Assembly: GCA_036498645.1 (NCBI GenBank)
Contig: DASYFC010000201.1
Coordinates: 1 to 58,294, forward strand
Source of the DNA: Acidimicrobiia bacterium
GTDB taxonomy: Bacteria > Actinomycetota > Acidimicrobiia > IMCC26256 > JACDBD01
Direction: 5' to 3'
Length of the DNA stretch: 58,294 bases
Each line of letters begins with the position of its first letter. Position 1 is the first letter of the stretch. Position numbers and translations under genes: made by a program. A model generated the notes under the pieces. That model was given only the letters and a program-made list of their open reading frames with translations, was not told the origin of the DNA and did no database searches. This document shows, piece after piece, positions 44,078 through 53,770 of the stretch.

Positions 44078-44761
44078 ATGGGTGCCGTGCAGGACCAGAA
44101 GGGGACCATCGTCGTCGTCGACGACGAGCCCAACATCGCCGACCTCGTCGACCTGTACCTCGCCCGCGAGGGCTTCCGCGTGCTCAAGATGGGTACCGGC
44201 GAGGCCGGGCTGCAGGCGGTCAAGGAACACCGGCCGCGCCTGGTCGTCCTCGACGTCGGCCTGCCCGACGTCGACGGGCTCGAGGTGTGCAAGCGCCTGC
44301 GCGCCACCTCGCAGATCCCGGTGATCTTCCTCACCGCCCGCGACAGCGAGGTCGATCGGGTGCTCGGCCTCGAGCTCGGCGGCGACGACTACCTCACGAA
44401 GCCGTTCTCCCCCGCCGAGCTGGTCGCCCGGGTGAAGGCCGTGCTGCGGCGCGTCGACGGAGGTCCCGCCGCCGAGGTCATGCAGTGCGGTGAAGTCGCC
44501 ATCGACGCCGGCCGGCGCGAGGTGCGCGTCGCCGGCGACGCCGTCGAGTTCACCACGAAGGAGTTCGACCTGCTCCGGTACCTCGCCGAGCGTCCGGGGC
44601 TCGCGCTGTCCCGCCAGCAGATCCTGGACGGTGTGTGGGGCTACGACTGGTACGGCGACGCGCGCACCGTGGACGTGCACATCGCACAGGTGCGCAAGAA
44701 GCTCGGCGACGCCGTCGAGATCACGACCGTGCGCGGGGTCGGGTACCGGCTGGAGTCGTGA
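44078..44761 (+). CDS. OmpR/PhoB-family response regulator
   Basis: ATG at 44078. VVVDDEPNIADL, LDVGLPDVDG and the winged helix TVRGVGYRL. Confidence 0.9.
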   Translation: MGAVQDQKGTIVVVDDEPNIADLVDLYLAREGFRVLKMGTGEAGLQAVKEHRPRLVVLDVGLPDVDGLEVCKRLRATSQIPVIFLTARDSEVDRVLGLELGGDDYLTKPFSPAELVARVKAVLRRVDGGPAAEVMQCGEVAIDAGRREVRVAGDAVEFTTKEFDLLRYLAERPGLALSRQQILDGVWGYDWYGDARTVDVHIAQVRKKLGDAVEITTVRGVGYRLES

Positions 44762-46245
44762 CACCGAGCTCGGGGCAGCCGGCGCTCAAGCCTCCCGCGC
44801 GCCGTCTCGGCACTCGTCTCTTCGTCGCGATGCTCGCGATCGCCTTCGGCGTGCTCGTCCTCAGCGCTGCCGGCACGGCTGCGCTCTTCCGCCAGACCGC
44901 CACCGACTCCGCCCTGCACGACCTGCGAGACAAGGCGCCGACGGTGAGCGACGCCGTCCAGCGCCTCTCGGCGTTCCGTTCGCTCAACCCGACCGCCGGC
45001 CAGTCGGCCGCCCAACGCCGGCTCGGCCGGAATCTGCGGTCGATCGTCGCCAACACCCTGCGCGCCGGGGACGTGAGCGTCGTGCAGGTGACCCCGACGG
45101 GCGAGATCCAGGAGGGCATCGCCCCGCTCCTCGGGAACCAGGCCGCGCAGGCCGGCGTCACCGACCTGCCCGCGGGCCTCAGGCCCGGGGACCTCGATGC
45201 CCGGTCGCTCCTCGCCGGGAACGAGCAGAGCGGTCGGGTGGGACCGACCGCGTTCGTCGCCGCTCCGCTCGGCGTGGTGAACGGGAACACGCCGGTCGTC
45301 ATCCTCACCCAACAAGTGGAGACGCAACCCCTCGGGCGGGCCGGCCCGTTCTTCCTCCTCGCCGGGGCGTTGGCGCTCGCCGTCGCCGGGATCGTCGCGT
45401 TCTTTCTCGCGCGGCGGCTGACGCGACCGCTCACGGCGATGGGGCAGACAGCAGACCGGATCGCGGCCGGCGACCTCTCGGCGCGCGTCGACCTCGGCAA
45501 GCACCCCGACGACGAGCTGGCGGGATTGGCGCGCGCCCTCGACGGCATGGCGGCGCAGCTCGAGGCGGCGCGGGGGCTCGAGCGCGGCTTCCTGCTCAGC
45601 GTCTCGCACGATCTGCGGACGCCGCTCACGTCGATCGGCGGGTACGCCGAGGCCATCGCCGATGGGGCGGTCGAGGGGCGCGACGCGCAGAAGCGCGCCG
45701 CCGAGGTCATCGGCGCCGAGGCCCGGCGGCTCGAGCGGCTGGTGGCCGACCTGCTCGACCTGGCCCGGCTCGACGCGCACGAGTTCTCGCTCACGCCGCG
45801 CCCGGTCGACGCCGCCGAAGTCGTCGGGGAGGCGGTCGAAGCGTTCCACCCTTCGGCCCGGGAGTTGGGTGTCACGCTCGCGGTCGACGGCCCGGCGACG
45901 GCTCCGGTCGACGCCGATCCCGAACGGCTTGGGCAGATCGTCGCCAACCTGGTCGAGAACGCCCTGAAGTACGCGGACGCACGCGTCACGGTCGGCGTGT
46001 CCGCGCAGAACGGGATGCTCGAGGTGCGGGTGGACGACGACGGGCCCGGCATCGACCCCGGCGACCTGCCCCACGTCTTCGAGCGGCTGTACACGTCGCG
46101 GACCGCTCCCGGACGCAAGGTCGGCACCGGCCTCGGCCTCGCCATCGTGCACGAGCTCTCGGCTGCGATGGGCGGCACTACCGACGTGCGCGCCCTCGAC
46201 GGTCAGGGCACACGCTTCGTCGTGAGGATCCCCGCCGTCTCCTGA
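44758..46245 (+). CDS. Sensor histidine kinase (2 TM, HAMP, HisKA, HATPase)
   Basis: The GTG overlaps the response-regulator stop (GTGA). H-box SVSHDLRTPLTSI and G2-box GTGLGLAIVHEL. Confidence 0.88.
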   Translation: MTPSSGQPALKPPARRLGTRLFVAMLAIAFGVLVLSAAGTAALFRQTATDSALHDLRDKAPTVSDAVQRLSAFRSLNPTAGQSAAQRRLGRNLRSIVANTLRAGDVSVVQVTPTGEIQEGIAPLLGNQAAQAGVTDLPAGLRPGDLDARSLLAGNEQSGRVGPTAFVAAPLGVVNGNTPVVILTQQVETQPLGRAGPFFLLAGALALAVAGIVAFFLARRLTRPLTAMGQTADRIAAGDLSARVDLGKHPDDELAGLARALDGMAAQLEAARGLERGFLLSVSHDLRTPLTSIGGYAEAIADGAVEGRDAQKRAAEVIGAEARRLERLVADLLDLARLDAHEFSLTPRPVDAAEVVGEAVEAFHPSARELGVTLAVDGPATAPVDADPERLGQIVANLVENALKYADARVTVGVSAQNGMLEVRVDDDGPGIDPGDLPHVFERLYTSRTAPGRKVGTGLGLAIVHELSAAMGGTTDVRALDGQGTRFVVRIPAVS

Positions 46246-46282
46246 TGCCCGCGTCGCGTTCGCGATGGGCTTCAGGAAAGCA

Positions 46283-46537
46283 TCAGGCGCGGGCTCGGCG
46301 GCGGCCGGCGAGCGCGTACCAGACGTTGGCGGCGACGAACCAGGATGCGTTGATCGCGACTGCGCGGCGGTCGCCCTTGAGCGTCCAGCCGGCCACGATC
46401 GCCGCGACCGCGAGATCGTGCGCGACGAGCCATTTCAGGCGGCGCTCGCGCACGACGGGTACGAAGCGCAGGATCACCGCGATCGACACCGGATAGCCGA
46501 ACACGAACAGCGCCGTCGCGGTCGCGTCTGTGCTCAC
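46283..46537 (-). CDS. Small membrane protein (84 aa)
   Basis: The GTG at 46537 overlaps the upstream stop (GTGA). ALFVFGYPVSIAVILRFVPVV...LAVAAIVAGW...WFVAANVWYAL. Confidence 0.45.
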   Translation of the reverse strand: MSTDATATALFVFGYPVSIAVILRFVPVVRERRLKWLVAHDLAVAAIVAGWTLKGDRRAVAINASWFVAANVWYALAGRRRARA

Positions 46538-47493
46538 GCGGTGACGGTCAGCTCCTCGACGACCGCCCGGCCCGTGCCTCCGTCCCAGCGCAGCTGGACC
46601 TCGGCGGGCGGATCGACTTCGTGGCGCACGTAGCCGAGAGCAGCGGCGGTCAGATCGGCGGGGCCGACGCTGCTCGTCACCGTCCCGACGACCTTGTCGC
46701 CGGACACGATCTCCGCGCCCCGCGGCGGACGGCCGTCCTCGATCGCCGTGAGCCGTCGGAGGTACTTGTTCACGCGGCCACGCGTGTCGATGCGGCACAC
46801 GAGCTCCTGGCCGAGGAAGCAGCCCTTCGTGAACGAGACCGCGTCGCGCTCCAGGAAGGCCTCCTGCGGGATCGTCTTCTCGTCGAGGTCGTATCCCTGC
46901 CGAGGGACGCCCACCTCGATCCGCAGCGCCTCGTACGCGTCCGAGTTGCACGACGCCACGCCCGCGGTGGTCAACCGGTCAGCGGCGCTCGCCACGGTCG
47001 AAGGTGGACCGACGACGTCGAATCCGTCGTCGCCGGGCCATGGAGCGCGCACGACGGCCGCGTCGTCGAAGGGAACGTGCGCACGAGGCGCGGCCGGCAG
47101 CTCGACGCCGAGCGCGGAGGCGACGTCGACTGCGCCCGGGCCGCGCACCGCGAGCGAACCCCAGCTCCCCGTGCGGTCGGTCACGTCGCATTTCACGCGA
47201 ATGCGGAACCGGTTCAGCGATGCCGCCAGCTGCTCCCCGAATCCGGGATCACAGTCCAACCACGCCTCGTCGCCCACCCGGAGCAGACGGAAGTCGACGT
47301 CGAGCTTGCCTTGCGGGGTGAGCAGCAGCGAGTGCACGCCGGCACCGTCGCCGACCGTGTCGAGGTCGGCCGACACCAGGCTCTGGAGATATGACCAGGC
47401 GTCCGGGCCGGTCACCAGCACGGCGCCGCGTTCGGAGGTGTCGACCACGCCCGCGGTCGTCCGGAGGGCTTCGAGCTCGTCCCGCAGGCTCAT
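46534..47493 (-). CDS. Folate-binding YgfZ/GcvT-like protein
   Basis: The ATG at 47493 overlaps the trpE stop (ATGA). GcvT-like N-terminal fold and the YgfZ signature KGCFLGQELVCRI. Confidence 0.8.
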   Translation of the reverse strand: MSLRDELEALRTTAGVVDTSERGAVLVTGPDAWSYLQSLVSADLDTVGDGAGVHSLLLTPQGKLDVDFRLLRVGDEAWLDCDPGFGEQLAASLNRFRIRVKCDVTDRTGSWGSLAVRGPGAVDVASALGVELPAAPRAHVPFDDAAVVRAPWPGDDGFDVVGPPSTVASAADRLTTAGVASCNSDAYEALRIEVGVPRQGYDLDEKTIPQEAFLERDAVSFTKGCFLGQELVCRIDTRGRVNKYLRRLTAIEDGRPPRGAEIVSGDKVVGTVTSSVGPADLTAAALGYVRHEVDPPAEVQLRWDGGTGRAVVEELTVTA

Positions 47494-49022
47494 GGCATCC
47501 CGCTTTCGGTCTCCAGCGTGTCGAGCGACGCGAGACGTTGCGCCGCGGCCGCCGCAGTCAACAACGCCTTGGCCTTGTTGTGGCATTCCAGGTTCTCGTC
47601 GTCGGGATCCGAGTCGGCCACCACACCGGCCCCGGCCGCGACGCTCGCACGCCCGTCACGCCAGAGCATCGTGCGGATGGTGATGGCGGTGTCGAGGTTG
47701 CCGGAGAAGTCGAAGTAACCGACCACCCCGGCGTACGGACCGCGCTTCCTCGGCTCGAGCTCGTCGATGATCTCCATGGCACGCACCTTGGGCGCGCCGC
47801 TCACGGTCCCGGCCGGGAACGTCGCACGGAGCACGTCGACCGCGGTCTTCCCGTCGGCGAGGTCACCCGAGACCTGGCTCGTCATGTGCATCACGTGGGA
47901 GTAGCGCTCGAGGGTCATGAGCTCGTCGACGCGCTCGCTGCCGTACCGAACCACCCGTCCGACGTCGTTGCGGGCCAGGTCGACCAGCATGATGTGCTCG
48001 GCTCGCTCCTTCGGATCCTCGATCAGCTCGGCGGCCATGCGACGGTCGTGCTCGTCGGTCTTTCCCCGCCACCGCGTGCCCGCGATCGGACGGCTGATCA
48101 CTCGACCGTCGACGAGCTTCACGAGCGCCTCGGGCGACGACCCGACGACAGTCGCCTCGGCGTGTGCAAGGAAGTACATGTACGGCGACGGGTTGATCTG
48201 CCGGAGCACGCGATACACCTCGAACGGATCGAAGTCGCCGTCCAGATCGAAGCGCTGCGCAAGAATGATCTCGAAGATGTCGCCCGCGAAGATGTACTCG
48301 CGCGCTGCTTCGACCGCGGCCTGGAACAGACCACCCGGCATCGTCGACGTGAACGACGGCAGCTCGTCCATCTGCTCCGGCGGCGGCGCCGACGGCACGT
48401 ACGGGAGCGGCCGCGCGAGCTCGTCGACGCTCGCATCGAGTCGGGCTTGCGCCAGGTCGTACGCCACGCCGGCGTCCTCCGCGCTCGCGCCCGGTACGAC
48501 GAACACGTTCTCGATGAGGAAGAGACGCTGCCGGAAGTGATCGAACGCGGTGACGTGACCGGTCAGCGAGAGGACGGCGTCGGGGTACCCGAGGTCGTCC
48601 GACGGGACGTCGGGCAAGCGCTCGATCTCACGCACGACGTCGTAGCCGAGGTAGCCGACCAGGCCGCCGTGGAAGGGCGGCAGGTCCGGCAGGGTCGGCG
48701 CCCGGTACCAGGCCAGGAGTGCTTCCAGGGTGGCGAGGATTCCCTCGTCGCGGGGCAAGCCGGGCGTGGCGGCATTCCCGGTGATCTCCACGTGTTGCCC
48801 ACGCGCGACGAGCGTGAGAGCGGGGTCCCGCCCTATGAACGAGAACCGGCCCCAGTGCTCGCCGTGCTCGACCGACTCGAGCAGGAAGCCCTCGCGATCG
48901 CCGACGAGCTTGGCGAATGCCGACACTGGGGTCTCGAGGTCGGCCAGCACCTCGCGCCAGACGGGCACCACCGTGTAGTCGCGCGCCAGCGCGACGAACT
49001 CATCGCGTGTCGGCCCGCTCAC
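47490..49022 (-). CDS. trpE: Anthranilate synthase component I
   Basis: The GTG at 49022 overlaps the hisI stop (GTGA). [32 protein letters not shown] and [10 protein letters not shown]. Confidence 0.93.
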   Translation of the reverse strand: MSGPTRDEFVALARDYTVVPVWREVLADLETPVSAFAKLVGDREGFLLESVEHGEHWGRFSFIGRDPALTLVARGQHVEITGNAATPGLPRDEGILATLEALLAWYRAPTLPDLPPFHGGLVGYLGYDVVREIERLPDVPSDDLGYPDAVLSLTGHVTAFDHFRQRLFLIENVFVVPGASAEDAGVAYDLAQARLDASVDELARPLPYVPSAPPPEQMDELPSFTSTMPGGLFQAAVEAAREYIFAGDIFEIILAQRFDLDGDFDPFEVYRVLRQINPSPYMYFLAHAEATVVGSSPEALVKLVDGRVISRPIAGTRWRGKTDEHDRRMAAELIEDPKERAEHIMLVDLARNDVGRVVRYGSERVDELMTLERYSHVMHMTSQVSGDLADGKTAVDVLRATFPAGTVSGAPKVRAMEIIDELEPRKRGPYAGVVGYFDFSGNLDTAITIRTMLWRDGRASVAAGAGVVADSDPDDENLECHNKAKALLTAAAAAQRLASLDTLETESGMP

Positions 49023-49396
49023 AACTTGCCGGGCGCTGCCCCGCTCCCGAACGCGCGAAAGAAGCAGGTGCGCTCGCCGGTATGGCAGGCCCCGCGGCCC
49101 TCCTGCTCGACCACGAACAAGAGGGTGTCCATGTCGCAGTCGTAATACGCGGCGCGCACCCACTGCCGGTCGCCGGAGGTATCGCCCTTGCGCCAGTGCT
49201 CCTTGCGGCTCCGGCTCCAGAACCATGTGCGCCCCTCGTCGAGCGTGCGGCGAAGGGCTTCGGCGTCCATCCACGCGAGCATGAGCACGCGGCCCGTCCC
49301 CTCTTCCTGGACGATGGCGGGGACGAGCCCGTCGGCGTCGAAGGCGACGGCGGCGAGCTCCTCCTCGGCGGCCACGATCGGCGTTGCAGTCGGCAT
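49019..49396 (-). CDS. hisI: Phosphoribosyl-AMP cyclohydrolase
   Basis: ATG at 49396. [16 protein letters not shown] and CHTGERTCF. Confidence 0.9.
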   Translation of the reverse strand: MPTATPIVAAEEELAAVAFDADGLVPAIVQEEGTGRVLMLAWMDAEALRRTLDEGRTWFWSRSRKEHWRKGDTSGDRQWVRAAYYDCDMDTLLFVVEQEGRGACHTGERTCFFRAFGSGAAPGKL

Positions 49397-49600
49397 CGTT
49401 GAGCGAGCGTAGCCGTGGGCTTTGGCCGTTCCGGTCGCCTTTAGGATGACGCCAATGACACCGGAGGACATGAAGCTGGTCTGGACGTCGCACTGCACGT
49501 ACGAGTTCGAGCTCCGTGACGTCCAAGGCGCGCTCAGTCCCCCTCACCGTCCCGCCTTCGCCGTGGACACCGCCACTCGCCTGCGGGACCTACCACCGTC

Positions 49601-51697
49601 GTGAGCGACACTCCCCCCGTCGCCCCGCGCCGCCCGGTCGTGCTGCGCGCGCACGGCGACGAGCGGGTCGACGACTGGTACTGGCTCCGCGACCGCGACG
49701 ACCCCCAGGTGCGGGAGTACCTGGAGGCCGAGAACGCGTACACGCACGACGTGATGGCGCGAACCGAACCCCTGCAGCAGCAGTTGTTCGAGGAGATCAA
49801 GAGCCGGGTGCAGGAGACCGACGCGAGCGCGCCGGTCCGCAAGGGACCGTACGAGTACTTCAGCCGCACGATCGAAAGCCGGCAGTACGGGATCCAGTGC
49901 CGACGCCCCGCGGGCACACCGGGTCTGCCCGATCCGTTCGCCGCGCCGGGCACGCCTGCCGGCGAACAGGTGCTGCTCGACCAGAACGAGCTCGCCGCCG
50001 GGCACGACTACTTCGCGCTCGGGGGGTTCGCGATCAGTCCCGACCACACGCGCCTCGCGTACTCCGTTGACCTCACGGGGGGCGAGCGCTACGAGCTCCG
50101 CTTCCGCGACCTCACGACCGGCGACGACCTGCCCGACGTCGTCCCCGACGTGTACTACGGCTTGGCCTGGGCGAACGACGACCGCACGTGCTTCTACGTG
50201 CGACCCGACGACGCCATGCGCCCGTGGCAGGTCTGGCGTCACCGGCTCGGGACGCCCGCCGACGAGGACGAGCTCGTGTACCAGGAGGACGACGAGCGTT
50301 TCTATACGTCGGTCGGACGGACGCGCACGGGTCGCTACGTCATCGTCTCCCTCGGGTCGAAGATCACCAGCGAGGCGTGGTTCGTCGACGCCGACGATCC
50401 CGGGGGTGCGCCGCAGGTGGTGGCGCCGCGTCGCGACGGCGTCGAGTACGACGTCGAGCACCATCACTCCGCCGACCACGGAGACCGCTTCTTCGTCGTC
50501 ACGAACGACGACGCCGCCGAGAACTTCAAGCTCATGGTCACCCCGGTCGACGAGCCGGGCCGCGAACACTGGCGGGAAGTCGTCCCGCACCGCGCCGACG
50601 TCCGACTCGAGGACGTGGACGCGTTCGCGGAGCACCTTGTGCTGTCGGAGCGGGCCGAGGGGCTCGAACGGATCGTCGTCCGACGCCTCGCCGACGACGA
50701 CACCCACGTCGTCGCCATGCCCGACCCCGTGTACTCGGCCGGAGTCGGCGCCAACCCGGAGTTCGAGACCCGCGCCGTTCGGTTCGAATACACGTCGCTC
50801 GTCGCCCCGGTCTCCAGCTACGACTACGACCTCGAGGCCCGCGAGCGCACGCTCGTCAAGCGCCAGCCCGTCCCCGGCTACGACCCCGACGCCTACGAGT
50901 CGCACCGCCTCTGGGCCACGGCACCCGACGGCGTCCGCGTGCCCGTTTCGGTGGTCCATCGTCGCGGCCTCGCGCACGACGGCACCGCCCCGGCGGTCCT
51001 GTACGGCTACGGCTCGTACGAGATCTCGATCGACCCGTCGTTCTCGGCGGCGCGGGTGAGCCTCCTCGAGCGCGGTGTCGTGTTCGCGATCGCGCACATC
51101 CGCGGCGGCGGTGAGCTCGGCCGCCGTTGGTACGAGGACGGCAAGCTCGAGCACAAGCCCAACACCTTCACCGACTTCATCGCCTGCGCCGAGCACCTCA
51201 TCGGCGAGGGATACGCCGCGCCCGACCGACTCGCGGCTCGGGGCGGCAGCGCGGGCGGGCTGCTGATGGGCGCGGTCGTGAACCTGAGGCCCGACCTGTT
51301 CCGCGCCGTGGTCGCCGAGGTGCCGTTCGTCGACTCCCTCACCACCATCCTCGACGAGACGCTTCCCCTGACCGTGACCGAGTGGGAGGAGTGGGGGAAC
51401 CCGGTCGCCGACCCCGAGATCTACAAGGTCATGAAGTCGTACGCCCCGTACGACAACGTGGAGGCGAAGAATTACCCGGCGATGCTCGTCACGGGCGGGC
51501 TGAACGACCCGCGCGTCTCGTACTGGGAGCCGGCCAAGTGGGTGGCGAAGTTGCGGACGATGAAGACGGACGACCGCCCGCTGCTGCTCAAGACCGAGAT
51601 GGGCGCGGGCCACGGCGGTCCGTCGGGCCGGTACGACGCCTGGCGTGACGAGGCCCTGGTCCTCGCCTTCCTCCTCGACCAGCTGGGCGTCGCCTAG
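49601..51697 (+). CDS. ptrB: Oligopeptidase B / S9A prolyl oligopeptidase family protease
   Basis: 698 aa, GTG start. Beta-propeller N-terminal half. Catalytic Ser GGSAGGLLMG, DPRVSYWEPAKW and GAGHGG. Confidence 0.92.
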   Translation: MSDTPPVAPRRPVVLRAHGDERVDDWYWLRDRDDPQVREYLEAENAYTHDVMARTEPLQQQLFEEIKSRVQETDASAPVRKGPYEYFSRTIESRQYGIQCRRPAGTPGLPDPFAAPGTPAGEQVLLDQNELAAGHDYFALGGFAISPDHTRLAYSVDLTGGERYELRFRDLTTGDDLPDVVPDVYYGLAWANDDRTCFYVRPDDAMRPWQVWRHRLGTPADEDELVYQEDDERFYTSVGRTRTGRYVIVSLGSKITSEAWFVDADDPGGAPQVVAPRRDGVEYDVEHHHSADHGDRFFVVTNDDAAENFKLMVTPVDEPGREHWREVVPHRADVRLEDVDAFAEHLVLSERAEGLERIVVRRLADDDTHVVAMPDPVYSAGVGANPEFETRAVRFEYTSLVAPVSSYDYDLEARERTLVKRQPVPGYDPDAYESHRLWATAPDGVRVPVSVVHRRGLAHDGTAPAVLYGYGSYEISIDPSFSAARVSLLERGVVFAIAHIRGGGELGRRWYEDGKLEHKPNTFTDFIACAEHLIGEGYAAPDRLAARGGSAGGLLMGAVVNLRPDLFRAVVAEVPFVDSLTTILDETLPLTVTEWEEWGNPVADPEIYKVMKSYAPYDNVEAKNYPAMLVTGGLNDPRVSYWEPAKWVAKLRTMKTDDRPLLLKTEMGAGHGGPSGRYDAWRDEALVLAFLLDQLGVA

Positions 51698-52518
51698 CCG
51701 GGCATCGGCAGGATCGCGGCAAGCTGGCGGCTCTGCGCGAGCAGCACGCCGTCGCGGCTCCAGATCTCGCCGTCCTCCTCGAGGAAGCCCTCGGCGGCGA
51801 CATTGGTGCGGAAGTCGGCGAGCACGTAGTCGTCGGGCTTCGCGTCCGGGAGCGGCAGCGACGAGCGGAAATGGATCGTGAGGTCGACGGTCGGGACGAT
51901 GATCTGCGCCTCGACGCGACCGAAGACGGCGGGGATGACCGCGTCGGTGACGGCGGCGGCCACGAGCCCGTCCACCACCCTGCCTTCGGGGAGCCGGATC
52001 CACCGCGTGATCACCGCCTCTCCGGTGGCCTCGAGCGGAAACCCGCCGCGCACCATCCGGTTCTCCCACCGGAACGCGATGTCGGGCATGAAAGCGTCGT
52101 CCGGCGGCACGTCGATCTCCGGGCTTTCCTCGACCGGAGGCGCGGCGGGCGGCCGCAGATCGGAGAACTCGGGGCCCGGTCGAGCCTTCGAGAAGGCGCC
52201 CAACGCCAAGCCGATCAGCTTGCCGTCCTGGGTGAGCCGCGCCGAGCAGGACGTGAGCGACCGGCCGGCGCGCTCGACCGTCGTGGCAACCTCGAGGGCG
52301 CCTTCGGCCGGCGGCGCCACGTAGTGCACCGTGAGCGACCGCGGCGACCGCTCGGCATCGTCGACGGCCTCGGTGAGCGCCCGCAACACGATCGCGGCCA
52401 GGTATCCGCCGTTCGGGCCTCGGTGGACCCACCACGCGCGGTCGAGCCGGCTCTCGTAGCGCCCGTCACCGAGCGGCCTCACCGCGGTCTCGCGATCGAA
52501 GTCGAATGTCCGGGCCAC
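51694..52518 (-). CDS. Acyl-CoA thioesterase II-like double-hotdog protein
   Basis: 274 aa. HRGPNGGYLAAIVLRAL and a second hotdog half ending in TVDLTIHF. Confidence 0.7.
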   Translation of the reverse strand: MARTFDFDRETAVRPLGDGRYESRLDRAWWVHRGPNGGYLAAIVLRALTEAVDDAERSPRSLTVHYVAPPAEGALEVATTVERAGRSLTSCSARLTQDGKLIGLALGAFSKARPGPEFSDLRPPAAPPVEESPEIDVPPDDAFMPDIAFRWENRMVRGGFPLEATGEAVITRWIRLPEGRVVDGLVAAAVTDAVIPAVFGRVEAQIIVPTVDLTIHFRSSLPLPDAKPDDYVLADFRTNVAAEGFLEEDGEIWSRDGVLLAQSRQLAAILPMPG

Positions 52519-52543
52519 GAAGGCGGCAGCCTACGCTGCGCGC

Positions 52544-53182
52544 ATGCCCGAGCCGATGCGCTTGACGACCGCGGACGGCGTCACGCTCGAAGCTGAGCTC
52601 GCGCTGCCCGATGGTGCACCGCGCTGCGGCATGGCGCTCTGTCACCCGCATCCGCAGTACGGCGGCACGATGCGCTCGATCGTGATCAGTGCGCTGTTCG
52701 ACGCCCTCCCGCCGCGCGGAGTCGCGTGCCTGCGCTTCAACTTCCGCGGCGTCGAAGGCAGCGAGGGCGAACATGACTTCGGCAACCTCGAGCGCGTCGA
52801 CGCCGAGACCGCGGTGAGCGCTCTACGCGAACGTCTCTCGCCCGGAACGCCACTGATCCTGACCGGATGGTCGTTCGGCGCCGACATGGCCCTCTCGGTG
52901 CGAGACCCTCACGTCGACGCCTGGATGGCGATCGCGCCTCCCGTCGTGGTGGTGCACGACATCGACGGGCTCACCGGCGATCCCCGGCCCAAGCTGCTCG
53001 TGCTGGCCCAGCACGACGAGTACCGCGACCCCGCGGAGGTCACGGAGCTCGCCGAGCCCTGGGCCAACACCGACGTCCACGTCGTCGGAGGCGCGTCGCA
53101 TTTCTTCGTCGGGCGCACCGACCGCCTCGTCGAGCTCGCGGCCGGCTACGTGGACGAGCTCGCGCCCGCGTCGACCGTCTGA
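52544..53182 (+). CDS. Alpha/beta hydrolase
   Basis: 212 aa. LCHPHPQYGGTM and nucleophile elbow LTGWSFGADMAL. Confidence 0.7.
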   Translation: MPEPMRLTTADGVTLEAELALPDGAPRCGMALCHPHPQYGGTMRSIVISALFDALPPRGVACLRFNFRGVEGSEGEHDFGNLERVDAETAVSALRERLSPGTPLILTGWSFGADMALSVRDPHVDAWMAIAPPVVVVHDIDGLTGDPRPKLLVLAQHDEYRDPAEVTELAEPWANTDVHVVGGASHFFVGRTDRLVELAAGYVDELAPASTV

Positions 53183-53183
53183 G

Positions 53184-53537
53184 CTACATCTTCGCCAGGC
53201 CGATCACGTTCCCGTCGCGGTCGGCGAACATCGCGATCTCCGGGCCGTCGGGGACCTGCATAGGTGGCATGACGACCTTGGCGCCGAGCTTCTCCGCCTG
53301 GTCGAGCTTGGCCTGCACGTCGTCGACGTTCACGTAGAACGCGGTGTACGGCCCGCTGCCGTCGGGCGGCTTCGAAATGCCGCCGCCGATGCCCTCGCCC
53401 GCGCTGTCGGTGTCGACGATTCCGTAGTTCATCGGGTTCGAGGCGTCGATCTTCCAACCGAACAGGTCGGCGTAGAACTTGTTCGCGGCATCGGAGTCGT
53501 TCACGCCGATCTCGAAGTGGACCACCGGGTTACCCAT
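53184..53537 (-). CDS. VOC/glyoxalase-family protein
   Basis: ATG at 53537. MGNPVVHFEIGVNDSDAANKFYADLFGW...MFADRDGNVIGL. Confidence 0.8.
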   Translation of the reverse strand: MGNPVVHFEIGVNDSDAANKFYADLFGWKIDASNPMNYGIVDTDSAGEGIGGGISKPPDGSGPYTAFYVNVDDVQAKLDQAEKLGAKVVMPPMQVPDGPEIAMFADRDGNVIGLAKM

Positions 53538-53770
53538 GGATGCGCTCCTGTCTGTGGGGGGCTTCATTCTCTACATCGTTTCCCCGCTCCGCGGATTGCA
53601 TCCAGGGGCCCGGTCCGGCGTCGTCGCTGCCGGTGGCCCGGACCTGCTCGGCGGGCACACGAGCCCCCCATCCCCTTACGGCGCCTAGCAAGGCGAGAAA
53701 CCTGATAGCCCCTCTCAGATCCCCTAGCATGTGGGCGCCGCGGCGGAGGTTTCGCCCATCTTGGGGGGAT

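Noticed and set aside
49422-49604. A 60-aa ORF in the hisI/ptrB divergent spacer ([34 protein letters not shown]...)
   Set aside because: It has no RBS and no recognisable motif, and it overlaps the ptrB start. It is most likely promoter/leader sequence for two divergent operons.
49544-52435. A 963-aa ORF on the minus strand, the longest in the track after uvrA
   Set aside because: It is antisense to the well-supported oligopeptidase B and thioesterase genes. Its composition is Arg/Gly/Pro/Ala-rich with no recognisable motif, which is the typical shadow ORF of a ~70% GC genome. The same applies to 4724..7057(+), 7294..8796(+), 17645..18997(+), 47391..49145(+), 44490..46496(+), 30813..32669(+) and similar entries.
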